From a virus (taxonomy: Duplodnaviria > Caudoviricetes): DNA of 64,000 nucleotides. The stretch spans positions 41,975 to 105,974 of the IMG/VR virus record IMGVR_UViG_3300012956_000012; one strand, given 5' to 3'. Positions 22,243-32,407 of the stretch are shown here, in pieces; the stretch's first letter is position 1, and each line of letters begins with the position of its first letter. The notes under the pieces are model-generated. The model was not told the origin of the DNA. It saw only the letters and a program-made list of their open reading frames with translations, and did no database searches. The translations under genes were made by a program, and so were the position numbers.

Positions 22243-22537
22243 TTAATATCATTTTTTGAATTTTTAATAGTTCGTGACAGGTTTCGTACTCCTCATACAC
22301 TTCCCCTCTGACTATTAGCCTCTTTACAACAGCTAGTACTTCCTCCTCGTTAACAATAAGTCGTTCAAATTTGTTTTTGTGCCGAACTTCTATTATATGA
22401 GGATTTATGGACAAATCAATTGCCACATATAGTCCTTGAGACTCCATGAATAATTTCTCTTGTTCTGTGATCTGATATATTTCAAAATCTAAACTCTCAC
22501 CTCTAATAGATGAACTGAGTGATACAGTTATTGCCAT
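22235..22537 (-). CDS. Hypothetical protein with a possible UVR-like C-terminus
   Basis: C-terminal EEYETCHELLK. The start is reassigned to ATG 22537 because the GTG call overlaps the promoter motif. Confidence 0.55.
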   Translation of the reverse strand: MAITVSLSSSIRGESLDFEIYQITEQEKLFMESQGLYVAIDLSINPHIIEVRHKNKFERLIVNEEEVLAVVKRLIVRGEVYEEYETCHELLKIQKMILND

Positions 22538-22542
22538 GCTCA

Positions 22543-22550
22543 CAAAGATA
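22543..22550 (-). promoter_or_regulatory. Bacteroidota-type -7 promoter element (TATCTTTG)
   Basis: Matches TAnnTTTG and lies 5 nt before the ATG. Confidence 0.65.
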
Positions 22551-22649
22551 AAGTGAAAGCTTGAAGTTTGAAAAAATATTATACATTATACAACAAAGGC
22601 TACCCGAAGATAGCCAATGTGAGTGAAGTAAAAACCAATAAATCCTCCA

Positions 22650-24206
22650 CTAATTAAAAGTTTTAGTGTTTCTCTTTATGTCTGTATCTACTATAACAGT
22701 TGATCCTGTAACTCCATTTGTTACATTAACATCTAACGCTTTATTGGTTGAAAGCATTGATTCTATAAAAATAGTTCTCGCAGATGGGCAGTATACAGAT
22801 GCTGCAGAAGCTCCTGTCACATCTGCCTTAACATTGTTTAGCCTTAATATTGAATTAGCATCTGCCAATTCTACTCCATGAGCACTATTTGATGAAGATA
22901 AGTTAGATATTGTTGAGTTGTTAATTGACATTTCAACTACTCCTGCTGTAGTGCCTACATAAACAGTTGAAACAGTATTATCACTTGTTTTACCTAAGTA
23001 AGTGTTGTCAATTTCTGCATATATATTTACAGTATTTGTTGGAACGGATATTGCTGAATTTCTGGATTTAACTTGGCAATTTACTAGTTGTAGTATTGTG
23101 TCTCCAGATACATTTCCTAAAATTACTCCAAAGTTGTTTGTGGATTTAATTGCTCCTGATATTTTTAATTTTCCAGATTGGTGCCAGATAGCTGCTGTTG
23201 TGAAAGAGTCTGAGGATGTAGTGTGTTCTATCGAATCTATATCTATAATAGTACTTAGTGTATTGCAGTTTTCTGTTGTTATGGCTCCTTGCAAAGCTTC
23301 ACAATTTGAAGTCAACTTCTTGCCTTTAACAACTAATGTTCTCTCTACTGCATCTAATGATGCATTTCTGATAAAGATTGTTTGCCCTTTGTTAGAAGAT
23401 ACAGATCCATCATAATAGTCAATATCTACGTAACCAGTGGCATTACCTCTTATTGATACAGTGTACTGAGTAGTTCCAACAACATGTTTACCCTTTATGT
23501 TTATGTTGTTCGCATTACCAATTAAAATACCATCAAATCCTTGGGCATAATTAAAGTTGAATATTACGTTTGTGTCAGGATCATTGGTAAATATAGCTCT
23601 ACCATATGCTGCAATAAAATCACCTTCTCCGTATACCATTATATTTTTTGGGAATCCAACTACATCAGATATACAAGTACCTGATGAGGATACAATAGCT
23701 CCTTTATAAAAATAGTAAGCTATATCTGACAATACCACATTACTCTCACTGTAAGTTCCTGGGTAAATAACTATCAGATCTCCTGGTTGAGCTGCTGTGT
23801 TTGCTCCGGTTATGGTTAAAAACGGTTTTGCCCAATCATTTCTAACGCCAGTAGAGTCATTACCGTTTTTTGAAACTATTAGTGTATTTTGTATTAGTAG
23901 CTGATTAGGTCCTGCTGGTCCTATAGGTCCCTGTGGGCCTCTTAAATCTCCTGTAGTATAAGATGTACCATTTGTAAAGTTTAAAGTTAACTCTCCTGTC
24001 AAAGGATTGTAACCTTCACTCTCAATACCAACACCGTCTGTAAATTCTACATCTGATGTGTAATTGGATAGAATTTCTAACACTTCATCATACGTCATTC
24101 CTGTCGTAATTCCTACTTGAAGGATATCAGGGCCTTGGTATCTGTTCTCACACTTACATGGGTTACATGGATTGCAATCGTTGCAATCATTACATTTATT
24201 GCACAT
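22650..24206 (-). CDS. Tail fibre/spike with Cys-rich N-terminus, short collagen segment and beta-helix-like domain
   Basis: MCNKCNDCNDCNPCNPCKC, GPQGPIGPAGP, and GNDSTG...KPFLTI...GDLIVIYPGTY (pectin-lyase-fold start). Confidence 0.7.
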   Translation of the reverse strand: MCNKCNDCNDCNPCNPCKCENRYQGPDILQVGITTGMTYDEVLEILSNYTSDVEFTDGVGIESEGYNPLTGELTLNFTNGTSYTTGDLRGPQGPIGPAGPNQLLIQNTLIVSKNGNDSTGVRNDWAKPFLTITGANTAAQPGDLIVIYPGTYSESNVVLSDIAYYFYKGAIVSSSGTCISDVVGFPKNIMVYGEGDFIAAYGRAIFTNDPDTNVIFNFNYAQGFDGILIGNANNINIKGKHVVGTTQYTVSIRGNATGYVDIDYYDGSVSSNKGQTIFIRNASLDAVERTLVVKGKKLTSNCEALQGAITTENCNTLSTIIDIDSIEHTTSSDSFTTAAIWHQSGKLKISGAIKSTNNFGVILGNVSGDTILQLVNCQVKSRNSAISVPTNTVNIYAEIDNTYLGKTSDNTVSTVYVGTTAGVVEMSINNSTISNLSSSNSAHGVELADANSILRLNNVKADVTGASAASVYCPSARTIFIESMLSTNKALDVNVTNGVTGSTVIVDTDIKRNTKTFN

Positions 24207-24207
24207 A

Positions 24208-25170
24208 TTATCTTTCTTCTACAATTATTTGAGCCTTTCTTACCCAAGCTGGTGATAAGGCATCTTTTGTTCTAAATTTTAAGCTAACCTTCTCTCCTGG
24301 CTGTAATGTAACCGGTTTGAAGAAAGACGCGTTTGCATTGTATACAGCATTAGAAAATCTAAACTCAACCGGAATTGCATTCTCAGTTAATAGTACGTCT
24401 GGTGGTGTTGATATTCTTACTACAATATCCCCAGAATTTGGTCCGTCAAAAATGTAACCACTTAAATCAATATCTGATTTATGCCAATACTCTACTGTAT
24501 CTGTTCCAGACACTGTTTTTATAATAGCTCCGTCTACTACATTTTCAATGCTAACTCTGTTGTTTTGATCTACTGTAAATGTGTCAAAAGATACTCTTAC
24601 AATGTAATTTTTTGCAGTAGATGTTGTATTAGTATACTCTAGGTTTTCGTATACAGTAGCTGGACCAAAATCCCATGTGGCTGGTACAGGGTTTGTAGCT
24701 ATGTTCACAACTTCTACAGCTTCTTGGTAAAAAAACTCTTTTGGTCTCGATACAGTGAATGTAGGTACTCCAGATACTACAGTTGGTGTGACTATAATAT
24801 CATCCTCTCCTAATACATTAACAGTAGTTCCTGCAGGTCCCTGTGGGCCTGTTTCGCCTATTGGCCCTTCAGGCCCAGTTAAACCTTGTGGCCCAGTTAA
24901 ACCTTGTGGCCCTCTGCAGCCTCTATCCCCCTTATCACCTTTTTCTCCTTGTTCTCCTTGAGGGCCTTGGGCCATATTAGCTAAATCGCATATAGATTTA
25001 TTTACAGCCTTAGCAAATTGTTCTAACGTTTGTCCTTTTTTAAAATCTATGCAGCTTAAGTCTTCCCCATCGTGCCTTACACATTGGAATGAATCTAATT
25101 TTATTGGGCATCCGCAAGGTTGAGCTTCTCCGCATTTTTTATTGCAATTGTTACAATTTCCTCCGCACAT
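24208..25170 (-). CDS. Collagen-repeat tail fibre protein
   Basis: About 16 G-X-Y triplets. The start is reassigned to ATG 25170 (TAATG coupling, MCGGNCNNC...). Confidence 0.7.
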   Translation of the reverse strand: MCGGNCNNCNKKCGEAQPCGCPIKLDSFQCVRHDGEDLSCIDFKKGQTLEQFAKAVNKSICDLANMAQGPQGEQGEKGDKGDRGCRGPQGLTGPQGLTGPEGPIGETGPQGPAGTTVNVLGEDDIIVTPTVVSGVPTFTVSRPKEFFYQEAVEVVNIATNPVPATWDFGPATVYENLEYTNTTSTAKNYIVRVSFDTFTVDQNNRVSIENVVDGAIIKTVSGTDTVEYWHKSDIDLSGYIFDGPNSGDIVVRISTPPDVLLTENAIPVEFRFSNAVYNANASFFKPVTLQPGEKVSLKFRTKDALSPAWVRKAQIIVEER

Positions 25171-25685
25171 TATATTCTGATCATTAAGGGTGAATTTAGT
25201 AATAAGTTGTCTGATAATCCGGAATATCCTAAGCAAGTTATTTCTATCTGTGTTGTAGATATTACTTTACATGATGTTAAGTAAGCTTCAACATCGTTAG
25301 TTACTAATGTTGCATAAGTTGTTGTTGGATTTAAAATACCTTGATTGAAGGTCATAAGATATTTACCAGTTGCTGTGTATGAAAAGGTGTATGTTACGTT
25401 ACTTAGTAATGTAGATTCTACACCAGATATAGTTGGTGCATCTCCACTTACTTGTGTAATCAATCCAGTCATAAAACGCCTCTTACTCACATACAGTAAA
25501 TCCTGACGAATAGCTTTTATAGCGTCGGAGATTATCTTCAATATTTTTGTAAGAGTTTCTCCTTTTCCATATTTTAGATAAGTGTCTGCCTCAGATGCTA
25601 CAACACAATTTGATCTGTATATGTTACAGCATTCGATTTGAGTTTCGTCTACTGTTGGTTTATTTGTTTCTTTACATTTTCCCAT
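25170..25685 (-). CDS. Putative tail structural protein
   Basis: Cys-containing N-terminus and a beta-rich C-terminus (TGKYLMTF); lies in the tail cluster. Confidence 0.5.
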   Translation of the reverse strand: MGKCKETNKPTVDETQIECCNIYRSNCVVASEADTYLKYGKGETLTKILKIISDAIKAIRQDLLYVSKRRFMTGLITQVSGDAPTISGVESTLLSNVTYTFSYTATGKYLMTFNQGILNPTTTYATLVTNDVEAYLTSCKVISTTQIEITCLGYSGLSDNLLLNSPLMIRI

Positions 25686-25686
25686 C

Positions 25687-26676
25687 TTAGCAAGTTGGTT
25701 TGTTACAGTTTGGCAAGCAACTTTTGCAACTTACAAAACTATCTGTTAATACTACTTCAATAACTGGATCACAAAATGCTACTGTCCAACATCCGTCATA
25801 TCCACTTAATATGACCACATTACCTACTTCTTCTGTTAGGTCTGTTTTTACAGTTAGCAAATCTCCTGTTTCACAGTTTGTTAGTGTAAAACAATTGTCA
25901 CATAATTCACAAGCACATTCTTCTAATACTTCTATATGTGTGATATCTTTACCTAAAGGGTATAAGAATATAGCTTTTTCTGCAGTAACGTAATCGTTAA
26001 CTACTGTTCCTGAATCAGGAACCATTGTTACTCCGTCGATAGTATATGTTGCTACTGTATCGCTGAATGTTATGATGTGCTCTTTAGTTACTACTGGACC
26101 TGTTATAGGTGTTTCAATGACAGAGAATTCCATGTGAAATGTGCTTTCCTCTTCTTTCTGTACAATAAAATTGAAAAAGGCCCTGTCTGTATCGTCTATG
26201 TCAGCTAATGTCCTATGACCAGAATACACAAATAAGTTTAGAATTCCAGATGCATTTATTGCGTTCTGTACGTGTTGTGAAAACGCTATAGGATTATTTG
26301 TTCCTGATAAATACACTGTAGCTTCATTTTGTCCTGAGCTATAATCAGTTGGATATACAGTTGGAAACGATACAGTACCTAAAATATTTGACTTTAGATA
26401 TGCTGCAGATGTGTACGAATACGCTAAAGGGGTTGATAATATTTCTACTCCGTTAAGCAGTATAGTACTTACAGTTACACTAACATCTGTTAGATTTCCT
26501 AGATTATATGGGTACGGGAATATACATTGGTTATTCCTAGTCACTAAATACTGTCCATCAAAATCTTCTGATCCGATTATTTGACCTAAATATGTACTTA
26601 GGGCTGGCTCATACCTGTGGTATATTGACGGATATAATACATCGTCACAACTTATGAGGTTATATGAAACTGCCAT
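25687..26676 (-). CDS. Putative tail structural protein with Cys-rich C-terminus
   Basis: ECACELCDNC and SCKSCLPNCNKPTC; lies in the tail cluster. Confidence 0.5.
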   Translation of the reverse strand: MAVSYNLISCDDVLYPSIYHRYEPALSTYLGQIIGSEDFDGQYLVTRNNQCIFPYPYNLGNLTDVSVTVSTILLNGVEILSTPLAYSYTSAAYLKSNILGTVSFPTVYPTDYSSGQNEATVYLSGTNNPIAFSQHVQNAINASGILNLFVYSGHRTLADIDDTDRAFFNFIVQKEEESTFHMEFSVIETPITGPVVTKEHIITFSDTVATYTIDGVTMVPDSGTVVNDYVTAEKAIFLYPLGKDITHIEVLEECACELCDNCFTLTNCETGDLLTVKTDLTEEVGNVVILSGYDGCWTVAFCDPVIEVVLTDSFVSCKSCLPNCNKPTC

Positions 26677-27416
26677 TATGATTTTTCAATTATCATTTTT
26701 ACTCCATCTACTGAAATAGATGCTGCTGTTGCCTTGAATTTCAACTTCAAGACATCATTTTTCTTAATGTTTCTTAAGAAAAAGTGGACTGTTTTTGAAT
26801 TGAAATCTGGAATTAACTGATACTCTGAAAAAGGATTTCCAGCTTCGGGTGATACTGTATTTACTCCAATACCAATCCAAGCTCTTCCATTTGGGTCTTC
26901 AACTGCACATCCTACATCTAAAGTCACTTTATAGTTCCCATCTTTTGTAGCTGTGTATTCAAGATTGTACCCAGAAGTTGTAATAGCAGTCCAGTTAGTT
27001 GCATTAGATGTGTTTATGAAAATTTCTCCTGAGGTGTATCCAGCGTAAACAACACCACCTTCACAACAGTTTGATGAGGTAGCGTCACATGGATCAACAC
27101 ACTCTGGGCAATTTTCTGCAGCATCTAAACCTGTGTGATCAATCAGTTCACAAATCTTGTTTACTATTGTTTGAACAGCTACAGAATTTAATACTTTCCC
27201 TTCTTTGTCTTTTTCAAATTCCAAACACCCTGTTAAGGTAAGATGTGTTTGTTCATAAGCTGTATCTGCCATATTTACAAGATCGTCTAAGACATCTTGT
27301 ACTGAGTGACAATCACATGAAGTTAGATTTCCATGTTCCGCTATATTTCCTTCATGGGTTACACAATTGGCAAAAATTTTTTTACCACATGTTTCTAGTT
27401 TGTTTCCACAACTCAT
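26676..27416 (-). CDS. Cys-rich putative tail protein with a C-terminal beta-sandwich
   Basis: Many Cys in the N-terminal half; the C-terminal ~120 aa resemble C1q/BclA-like fibre tips. Confidence 0.5.
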   Translation of the reverse strand: MSCGNKLETCGKKIFANCVTHEGNIAEHGNLTSCDCHSVQDVLDDLVNMADTAYEQTHLTLTGCLEFEKDKEGKVLNSVAVQTIVNKICELIDHTGLDAAENCPECVDPCDATSSNCCEGGVVYAGYTSGEIFINTSNATNWTAITTSGYNLEYTATKDGNYKVTLDVGCAVEDPNGRAWIGIGVNTVSPEAGNPFSEYQLIPDFNSKTVHFFLRNIKKNDVLKLKFKATAASISVDGVKMIIEKS

Positions 27417-27661
27417 TTTAATTCTCCTATTGATTCCACCGCACTGGTGATTAAATGTTCTCTTAGATTTTGATCCTCTTTACAAGTGTACCTTTTAGCT
27501 ACTCTATCTAGAATCATCATATCTTGTATTTCTGATCTGTTTACACATCCAAAATCAAACCTTATTTTTTTAAGTAGTGATAGTGATGCATCCATAAAAT
27601 ATTTGTCAAGTAAATCCTCTTTAACTATCTTATGGTTGCTGACCATACTTTGTGTACTCAT
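27413..27661 (-). CDS. Hypothetical protein
   Basis: Overlapping, coupled ORF in the structural operon. Confidence 0.5.
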   Translation of the reverse strand: MSTQSMVSNHKIVKEDLLDKYFMDASLSLLKKIRFDFGCVNRSEIQDMMILDRVAKRYTCKEDQNLREHLITSAVESIGELK

Positions 27662-27902
27662 TCTGTATGTATATTTTTAGAGCTTCTACGTCTGCTGTTT
27701 TAGGGCATTCTGTAGCCGATCTGTTGATACTGTCTTCGATTCCTCTTTTTACTAGTAAGTATTCTTCCTTTTTTACTGGGTCTTGTTCTAGAGTATAAAG
27801 AGTTTGAATTCTATTTTTTGACGAACGAAGAATTTTTAACGATCCTCCGCATGATCCTCCTGATCTCATAGAGGAACCATTGTTACTATTACATCCGCAC
27901 AC
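27630..27902 (-). CDS. Hypothetical protein (MCGC N-terminus)
   Basis: Overlapping, coupled ORF in the structural operon. Confidence 0.5.
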   Translation of the reverse strand: MCGCNSNNGSSMRSGGSCGGSLKILRSSKNRIQTLYTLEQDPVKKEEYLLVKRGIEDSINRSATECPKTADVEALKIYIQNEYTKYGQQP

Positions 27903-28419
27903 AGTCTGGGCAGTTTAAAAGTTTATCCACTATTTCAGCTGCTTTAGAGAACATTTCATTAGCAATATTTATATTCTCATACTTAATATTTGCTGAGGCT
28001 CCTCTTACTAGGAGTTCAATATCTGCTATCTGATCCATAACAGCTTTCCTGTCTCTACGGTTTACATACTTGATGTACAGTTTGTCTAACTCCATATCGA
28101 ACATGTCTGTTTTCAAGTAGTAGTACTGTTTGCAGAAGTTCGAAGGAGACCCTATAAGTTTGACTTTGTAAATGCCGTCAGGAAGAGTGACTCTCTCTTG
28201 ATCACACTCTGTCGGACAGGTAATGTTTAAGTCGTTGCTGTTAAAATTGTTGACAGCATACTGGTCAAAATACCTAGTTTCAGGAGTTGCTGAGCCAGGT
28301 AAAGTTATTTCAATAATAGATGGTTTATTTTCAATCAAAGCCCAATTAGAAGTATCCGTCACGGTCAAATAGTACGGGTTGGACGTTATTATGAAATCTA
28401 TGTGAATGCTTTGTTCCAT
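27889..28419 (-). CDS. Putative tail hub/structural protein
   Basis: LPDGIYKVK motif and C-terminal NCPDC; first gene after a promoter motif. Confidence 0.5.
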   Translation of the reverse strand: MEQSIHIDFIITSNPYYLTVTDTSNWALIENKPSIIEITLPGSATPETRYFDQYAVNNFNSNDLNITCPTECDQERVTLPDGIYKVKLIGSPSNFCKQYYYLKTDMFDMELDKLYIKYVNRRDRKAVMDQIADIELLVRGASANIKYENINIANEMFSKAAEIVDKLLNCPDCVRM

Positions 28420-28423
28420 TTTA

Positions 28424-28431
28424 CAAATTTA
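28424..28431 (-). promoter_or_regulatory. Bacteroidota-type -7 element (TAAATTTG)
   Basis: Matches TAnnTTTG and lies 4 nt before ATG 28419. Confidence 0.6.
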
Positions 28432-28468
28432 AGTAAGAAGTTTTATTTGTGAAAAAATATGAACACCA

Positions 28469-28537
28469 TCACCATTTTTCCTTTTTGGCCCACCAACTTG
28501 CTGACATCTTAGATTTTACTCTATCGGGTATAGCCAT
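28469..28537 (-). pseudogene. 22-aa mini-ORF MAIPDRVKSKMSASWWAKKEKW, possibly an internally deleted small phage gene
   Basis: TAATG coupling to the upstream stop codon; too short for the ORF track. Confidence 0.45.
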
Positions 28538-29157
28538 TACTTTATGTTTAGGATTTCAGCAAGAGTCGTTGCATCAGTGATATAATACCCCATGTTTTTA
28601 AAGTATGATCTTATCAAACTTAAATAAGTGTTTTTCTGCCTTGCTCCAGTTGAGTAAATCTTAATGAATTGGTCTAATCGGCCGGTGTATATAAATTCAT
28701 AGCCTGGGCAATAAGGCTCTAGCTGATATGTTTTTTGATTATCTGCAATTTCTTGGGAATAATACGAAGCTTTTTTCCAAACCTTTCCTAGTGGGTAGGC
28801 TTTGTTCTTTCCATTCGCAATATCCGTTAAAAAAGAAATCTGTTTTTCGATACCAGCTTTTAAAGTATTAAACCCTTTGTTTGCTCCAGAATCTGTATTT
28901 CCAATGTTTCCAGGGTTATTAAACTTGTACGATCGTGAATCGTTTTTAGTTCCTGGTAAATCAATAAAACCTTCTTTTTGAGCCATTATTAGGGCAAGCA
29001 TTTTAATACCTTTTGGGGCTTCAATTGTGTTCCAAACAGGGATGTATTGTTCAATGATAGCTTCTGAGAATGTTACTTTAATATTATCTCTTGAGTCTGG
29101 AGCATCTGGTGCTTTTGAGCCTTTTACTATAAGGCCGTCGTATGGATGTTTTGGCAT
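28537..29157 (-). CDS. Putative endolysin (lysozyme-like fold)
   Basis: AQKEGF...SRSYKFNNPGNIG motif; lies near spanin-like and holin-like genes. Confidence 0.55.
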   Translation of the reverse strand: MPKHPYDGLIVKGSKAPDAPDSRDNIKVTFSEAIIEQYIPVWNTIEAPKGIKMLALIMAQKEGFIDLPGTKNDSRSYKFNNPGNIGNTDSGANKGFNTLKAGIEKQISFLTDIANGKNKAYPLGKVWKKASYYSQEIADNQKTYQLEPYCPGYEFIYTGRLDQFIKIYSTGARQKNTYLSLIRSYFKNMGYYITDATTLAEILNIK

Positions 29158-29168
29158 TTTATATAATT

Positions 29169-29471
29169 TTATCCTCTGGCTTTTCTGTCACCTTTGGTTG
29201 ATTTTTTGCTTTTTGAATTTCTTCCTCTGTTTGTTTTAGCTTTTTCCATTTTACCGGTAGCATGATCAAAATCCTTTCCATCGTGGTTTCCATGTGTACC
29301 ACGCTTTCTGTTTTCAGCTATAAGCTCTGATCGGTATTTCCTTCTTTCGGGTGTAGAGTGATACTTAGTATCATACTCTTTTTTCTTTTTCCTAGCTTCT
29401 GGATTGTCTTGATAGTACTTAGCTGACTTAGATTTTCCAGTTTTGGTACCTGCTAATTTATTTCTAGCCAT
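29169..29471 (-). CDS. Small very basic protein with a minimal HNH-like motif
   Basis: DGKDFDH...NRGRN in a K/R-rich sequence. Confidence 0.5.
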   Translation of the reverse strand: MARNKLAGTKTGKSKSAKYYQDNPEARKKKKEYDTKYHSTPERRKYRSELIAENRKRGTHGNHDGKDFDHATGKMEKAKTNRGRNSKSKKSTKGDRKARG

Positions 29472-29872
29472 TACTTTAATATTGCTATAGTGCCTAATAT
29501 TCCTGATACACCTATTAAGATATTCCTCTGTCTTTTTAACCTTTTATTGTCAAACTTAAGAAGGTCTATAAGTGTATCTTGTTTTTCAACTATTTGGTTT
29601 AAGTAGACTATTTGAGTATCCTGATAAGTGATCACAGAGTCTTGATATCTTACTATGTTTACAGTGTCAAAAACACTTTTATAATAAGTTACCTCGTTCT
29701 TTAAATAGGTTGTCTTCACTCTAGCTGAGTCAACTTTTTCTTTTGTTCTTTCAATAACCTTTGTGAGGTTTTTGGTAGAGTAGTTGTACACTTGTTTTGG
29801 TTTTCTAAACGCTATAAGAAGCAGTACTACTATAGTTACTACTAGTAGTAATGGTGTTATGTAATTTTTCAT
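29471..29872 (-). CDS. Membrane-anchored coiled-coil protein, spanin-like
   Basis: N-terminal transmembrane helix, a coiled coil and a hydrophobic C-terminus. Confidence 0.5.
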   Translation of the reverse strand: MKNYITPLLLVVTIVVLLLIAFRKPKQVYNYSTKNLTKVIERTKEKVDSARVKTTYLKNEVTYYKSVFDTVNIVRYQDSVITYQDTQIVYLNQIVEKQDTLIDLLKFDNKRLKRQRNILIGVSGILGTIAILK

Positions 29873-31347
29873 TATTCATGATATAAATTAGGTGATATTA
29901 CAAATTGCCATACTTGAGATGCTGTTGCTGCTCCTGAAAGTATTTTAGCCATTATTCCTACGAACTCACCTGGATTGACAATAATAGGCGCTTCAAAATC
30001 AAATTGCAAGGACGTTCCTTGTTGTCCTACAACAGCAGATATTGGTAATCCTACAACTCCAATAGGCTGTGGTCTTCTAATTTTAGTTGTGTTATTTCCA
30101 AAAGATGCAGACTCTGTGGTGGCAAGAGATGCTGCAGTAGACCCCCAAGCTAAGGCTAAAGCTAGTGTTGTTGGCACAGTTGCTGAGTTCGCAACACCTG
30201 CGTTTACAATATCCACTTTTATTCCTCTAATATGCATTACTCTTGGTGTTTGATTCACACTTCCTAAAGGATTTTGATAACTTGATATTACAACGTCAGT
30301 TGTTGAGGTTGCTGCAGCATTCATTTGAAAAATACCTCCTAAAAAAGCTCCTAAAGCTGCGGTGGTGTTTGTTGCAGCAGCAGCTGTTGGTAATGTTGTA
30401 TTAGCCCATTGAATTTGTTGTGCTCCATTTGTAAATGTACCTCCATCAAGAGTTTGCAATCCTAATCCTGATCTAGCTAATTGTCCTGCCCAAGATTTAT
30501 TAGTAGCAATATCCATCAGTGTAATAGTTACATCGGATATTTTAACTCTCATATTTGGTGAAGAACCTATTGTCCCACTATTGTATTTTTGAATAAACAG
30601 TGGTAGTGCTGTAGTTAAGAAGGCTTGTCCTTGTGCCGCTGGTATCATTTGTTCTCCTACCAATTCATCATCTACCCAGTACTCAATTTCTCTCTCACCT
30701 ACTACCATTGCATACTTAGACGTTGAATTTAAAATTATGTCAGAAGCATTTGCAATAAGATCAATTTTATCTGTAACTCCACTATTGTACCTGATACACC
30801 CTTTTAATCCAGCAGAAGTTAACTCAAACCATACTCCATCGACGGGTTCTACTGCTCCTGTTGCTACTCCTAGTCCACATTGAAATACTTCATTAACAGT
30901 TGGGGTCATGTTTATGCTTCCTGTAAATTCGACGCATATAGGGGCTGTACCTATCAAAGGGTAGTAACTCCATGTTTGTAGATACGCGTAGTTATTAGCT
31001 ACTGTAGATGTACCTGCCGCATTTACATTCAAAAACCCAGCTGATTGGGTCATAGTCATAGTACCAAAAGAATGTTTCCATACCCCTGTGTTTTGAGTTG
31101 TAGCACTAAAAGTATGAGAAAACATAACAGTATCTATACCCACACGAGTCCTAAAGTCTTGAGAAACTTCTGGAGATTTTAAATAAGGTTCTCCTGTTAT
31201 TCGTCCTGGATCGTTCTCACTGAAAATTTTTACAGATCCTACTCTGGATGGGTTTGTTGCAGCATCTGTTTCAGTTCTTACATGTAATTGTTTATCTGTT
31301 ACTGATGCTTCATCAATATTCAAACCATGTTTTGTTGGAAATCCCAT
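29872..31347 (-). CDS. Virion fibre/structural protein (beta-rich)
   Basis: T/A/G-rich, with a possible ConA-like central domain. Confidence 0.5.
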   Translation of the reverse strand: MGFPTKHGLNIDEASVTDKQLHVRTETDAATNPSRVGSVKIFSENDPGRITGEPYLKSPEVSQDFRTRVGIDTVMFSHTFSATTQNTGVWKHSFGTMTMTQSAGFLNVNAAGTSTVANNYAYLQTWSYYPLIGTAPICVEFTGSINMTPTVNEVFQCGLGVATGAVEPVDGVWFELTSAGLKGCIRYNSGVTDKIDLIANASDIILNSTSKYAMVVGEREIEYWVDDELVGEQMIPAAQGQAFLTTALPLFIQKYNSGTIGSSPNMRVKISDVTITLMDIATNKSWAGQLARSGLGLQTLDGGTFTNGAQQIQWANTTLPTAAAATNTTAALGAFLGGIFQMNAAATSTTDVVISSYQNPLGSVNQTPRVMHIRGIKVDIVNAGVANSATVPTTLALALAWGSTAASLATTESASFGNNTTKIRRPQPIGVVGLPISAVVGQQGTSLQFDFEAPIIVNPGEFVGIMAKILSGAATASQVWQFVISPNLYHE

Positions 31348-31349
31348 AA

Positions 31350-32405
31350 TTATATTATTTCATTATATTTAAGTTTGTATGTCCCCCAAGTATCATGTTG
31401 AGATGTTATTATTACATCAAAACTTATTCCTGAGTTTACTGAGACTACGGATGCTGATAATCCACCTAAGAGGGCTTCTCCAGGTAAGTGGTCACTTCCA
31501 TCATCTGTAACTTCGCATTTAATTTTATTGATGTGTGCAGGTGTTACCCATACAGCAGGTATCGTTACCTGCAAAAAATCACCGCTTACTCCAAAATTTA
31601 TATCTACTGTTCCAGAATGTAAGTCTAGCTTTGAAATTATAGTAGATTGTGTTTCATCTCCTGTGTTAGTATTCGATGTGTTTGATAGTACCACTAGGTC
31701 TGCATCTGTAACATACCTTTTATCTAATGAATCATTTATGTCTGCAGTTGTAGCATCTCCTCCAGCTGTAACTAGACCATTAGAATCGTATGTTATTTTT
31801 GTTTTTGTACTGGCAGTTATAGGAGAATTTGGACTTAGTTTAGAGTTCCAAGTTGATTTCTCTATGTCTGTAACAAAACGGTGTGTAGCATTCTCAGTGA
31901 CTTTATTAGCGTCTACATCAACTATCTTAACATCATCAATTGTATTGTCATCAATTTCTATTATAGTTCCTCCCCCAGATACAGTTACATCTCCATAATC
32001 TCCATCTGAAATAGTTGTTGATGGAAATGGTTGGGGATTACCCTCGCCATCTAGGTATTCAGTTGGTAATCCCGATGGAACATCAAACTTTGTATTCCAT
32101 TTAGATGCATCTGTAAATGTCTTTGGAGTTACAAAATTACTGTTGTTCATTCCTGAATCAACTTCTGATTGTGTAGCTTGGTATGGAAACTCTCCTACAT
32201 AGTCCCATGAAGATCCATCAGAGTAGTAGATACCTTCTGGGTAATACGTACCTCCTAACCAAGTAGGTCTCCAAGATGCATTCTCACCTTGAAGTGTTCT
32301 ATAGTATTGTCCTGGAACTAAGGTAGCAGAAGGCAAGTCACTGTATTTTGTGACTATTGAAATTATCATACCATTCTTTAAGTCTACTTGAGTTCCAAAA
32401 TTCAT
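31350..32405 (-). CDS. Fibre-like structural protein
   Basis: ATQSEVDSG, DGDYGDVTVSGGG, HRFVTDIEKSTWNSK and KITYDSNGLVTAG fibre motifs. Confidence 0.6.
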   Translation of the reverse strand: MNFGTQVDLKNGMIISIVTKYSDLPSATLVPGQYYRTLQGENASWRPTWLGGTYYPEGIYYSDGSSWDYVGEFPYQATQSEVDSGMNNSNFVTPKTFTDASKWNTKFDVPSGLPTEYLDGEGNPQPFPSTTISDGDYGDVTVSGGGTIIEIDDNTIDDVKIVDVDANKVTENATHRFVTDIEKSTWNSKLSPNSPITASTKTKITYDSNGLVTAGGDATTADINDSLDKRYVTDADLVVLSNTSNTNTGDETQSTIISKLDLHSGTVDINFGVSGDFLQVTIPAVWVTPAHINKIKCEVTDDGSDHLPGEALLGGLSASVVSVNSGISFDVIITSQHDTWGTYKLKYNEII

Positions 32406-32407
32406 AG

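Noticed and set aside
24872-24912. 18-nt tandem repeat GGCCCAGTTAAACCTTGT x2
   Set aside because: It is explained by a collagen GPQGLT duplication and is not a CRISPR or DGR repeat.
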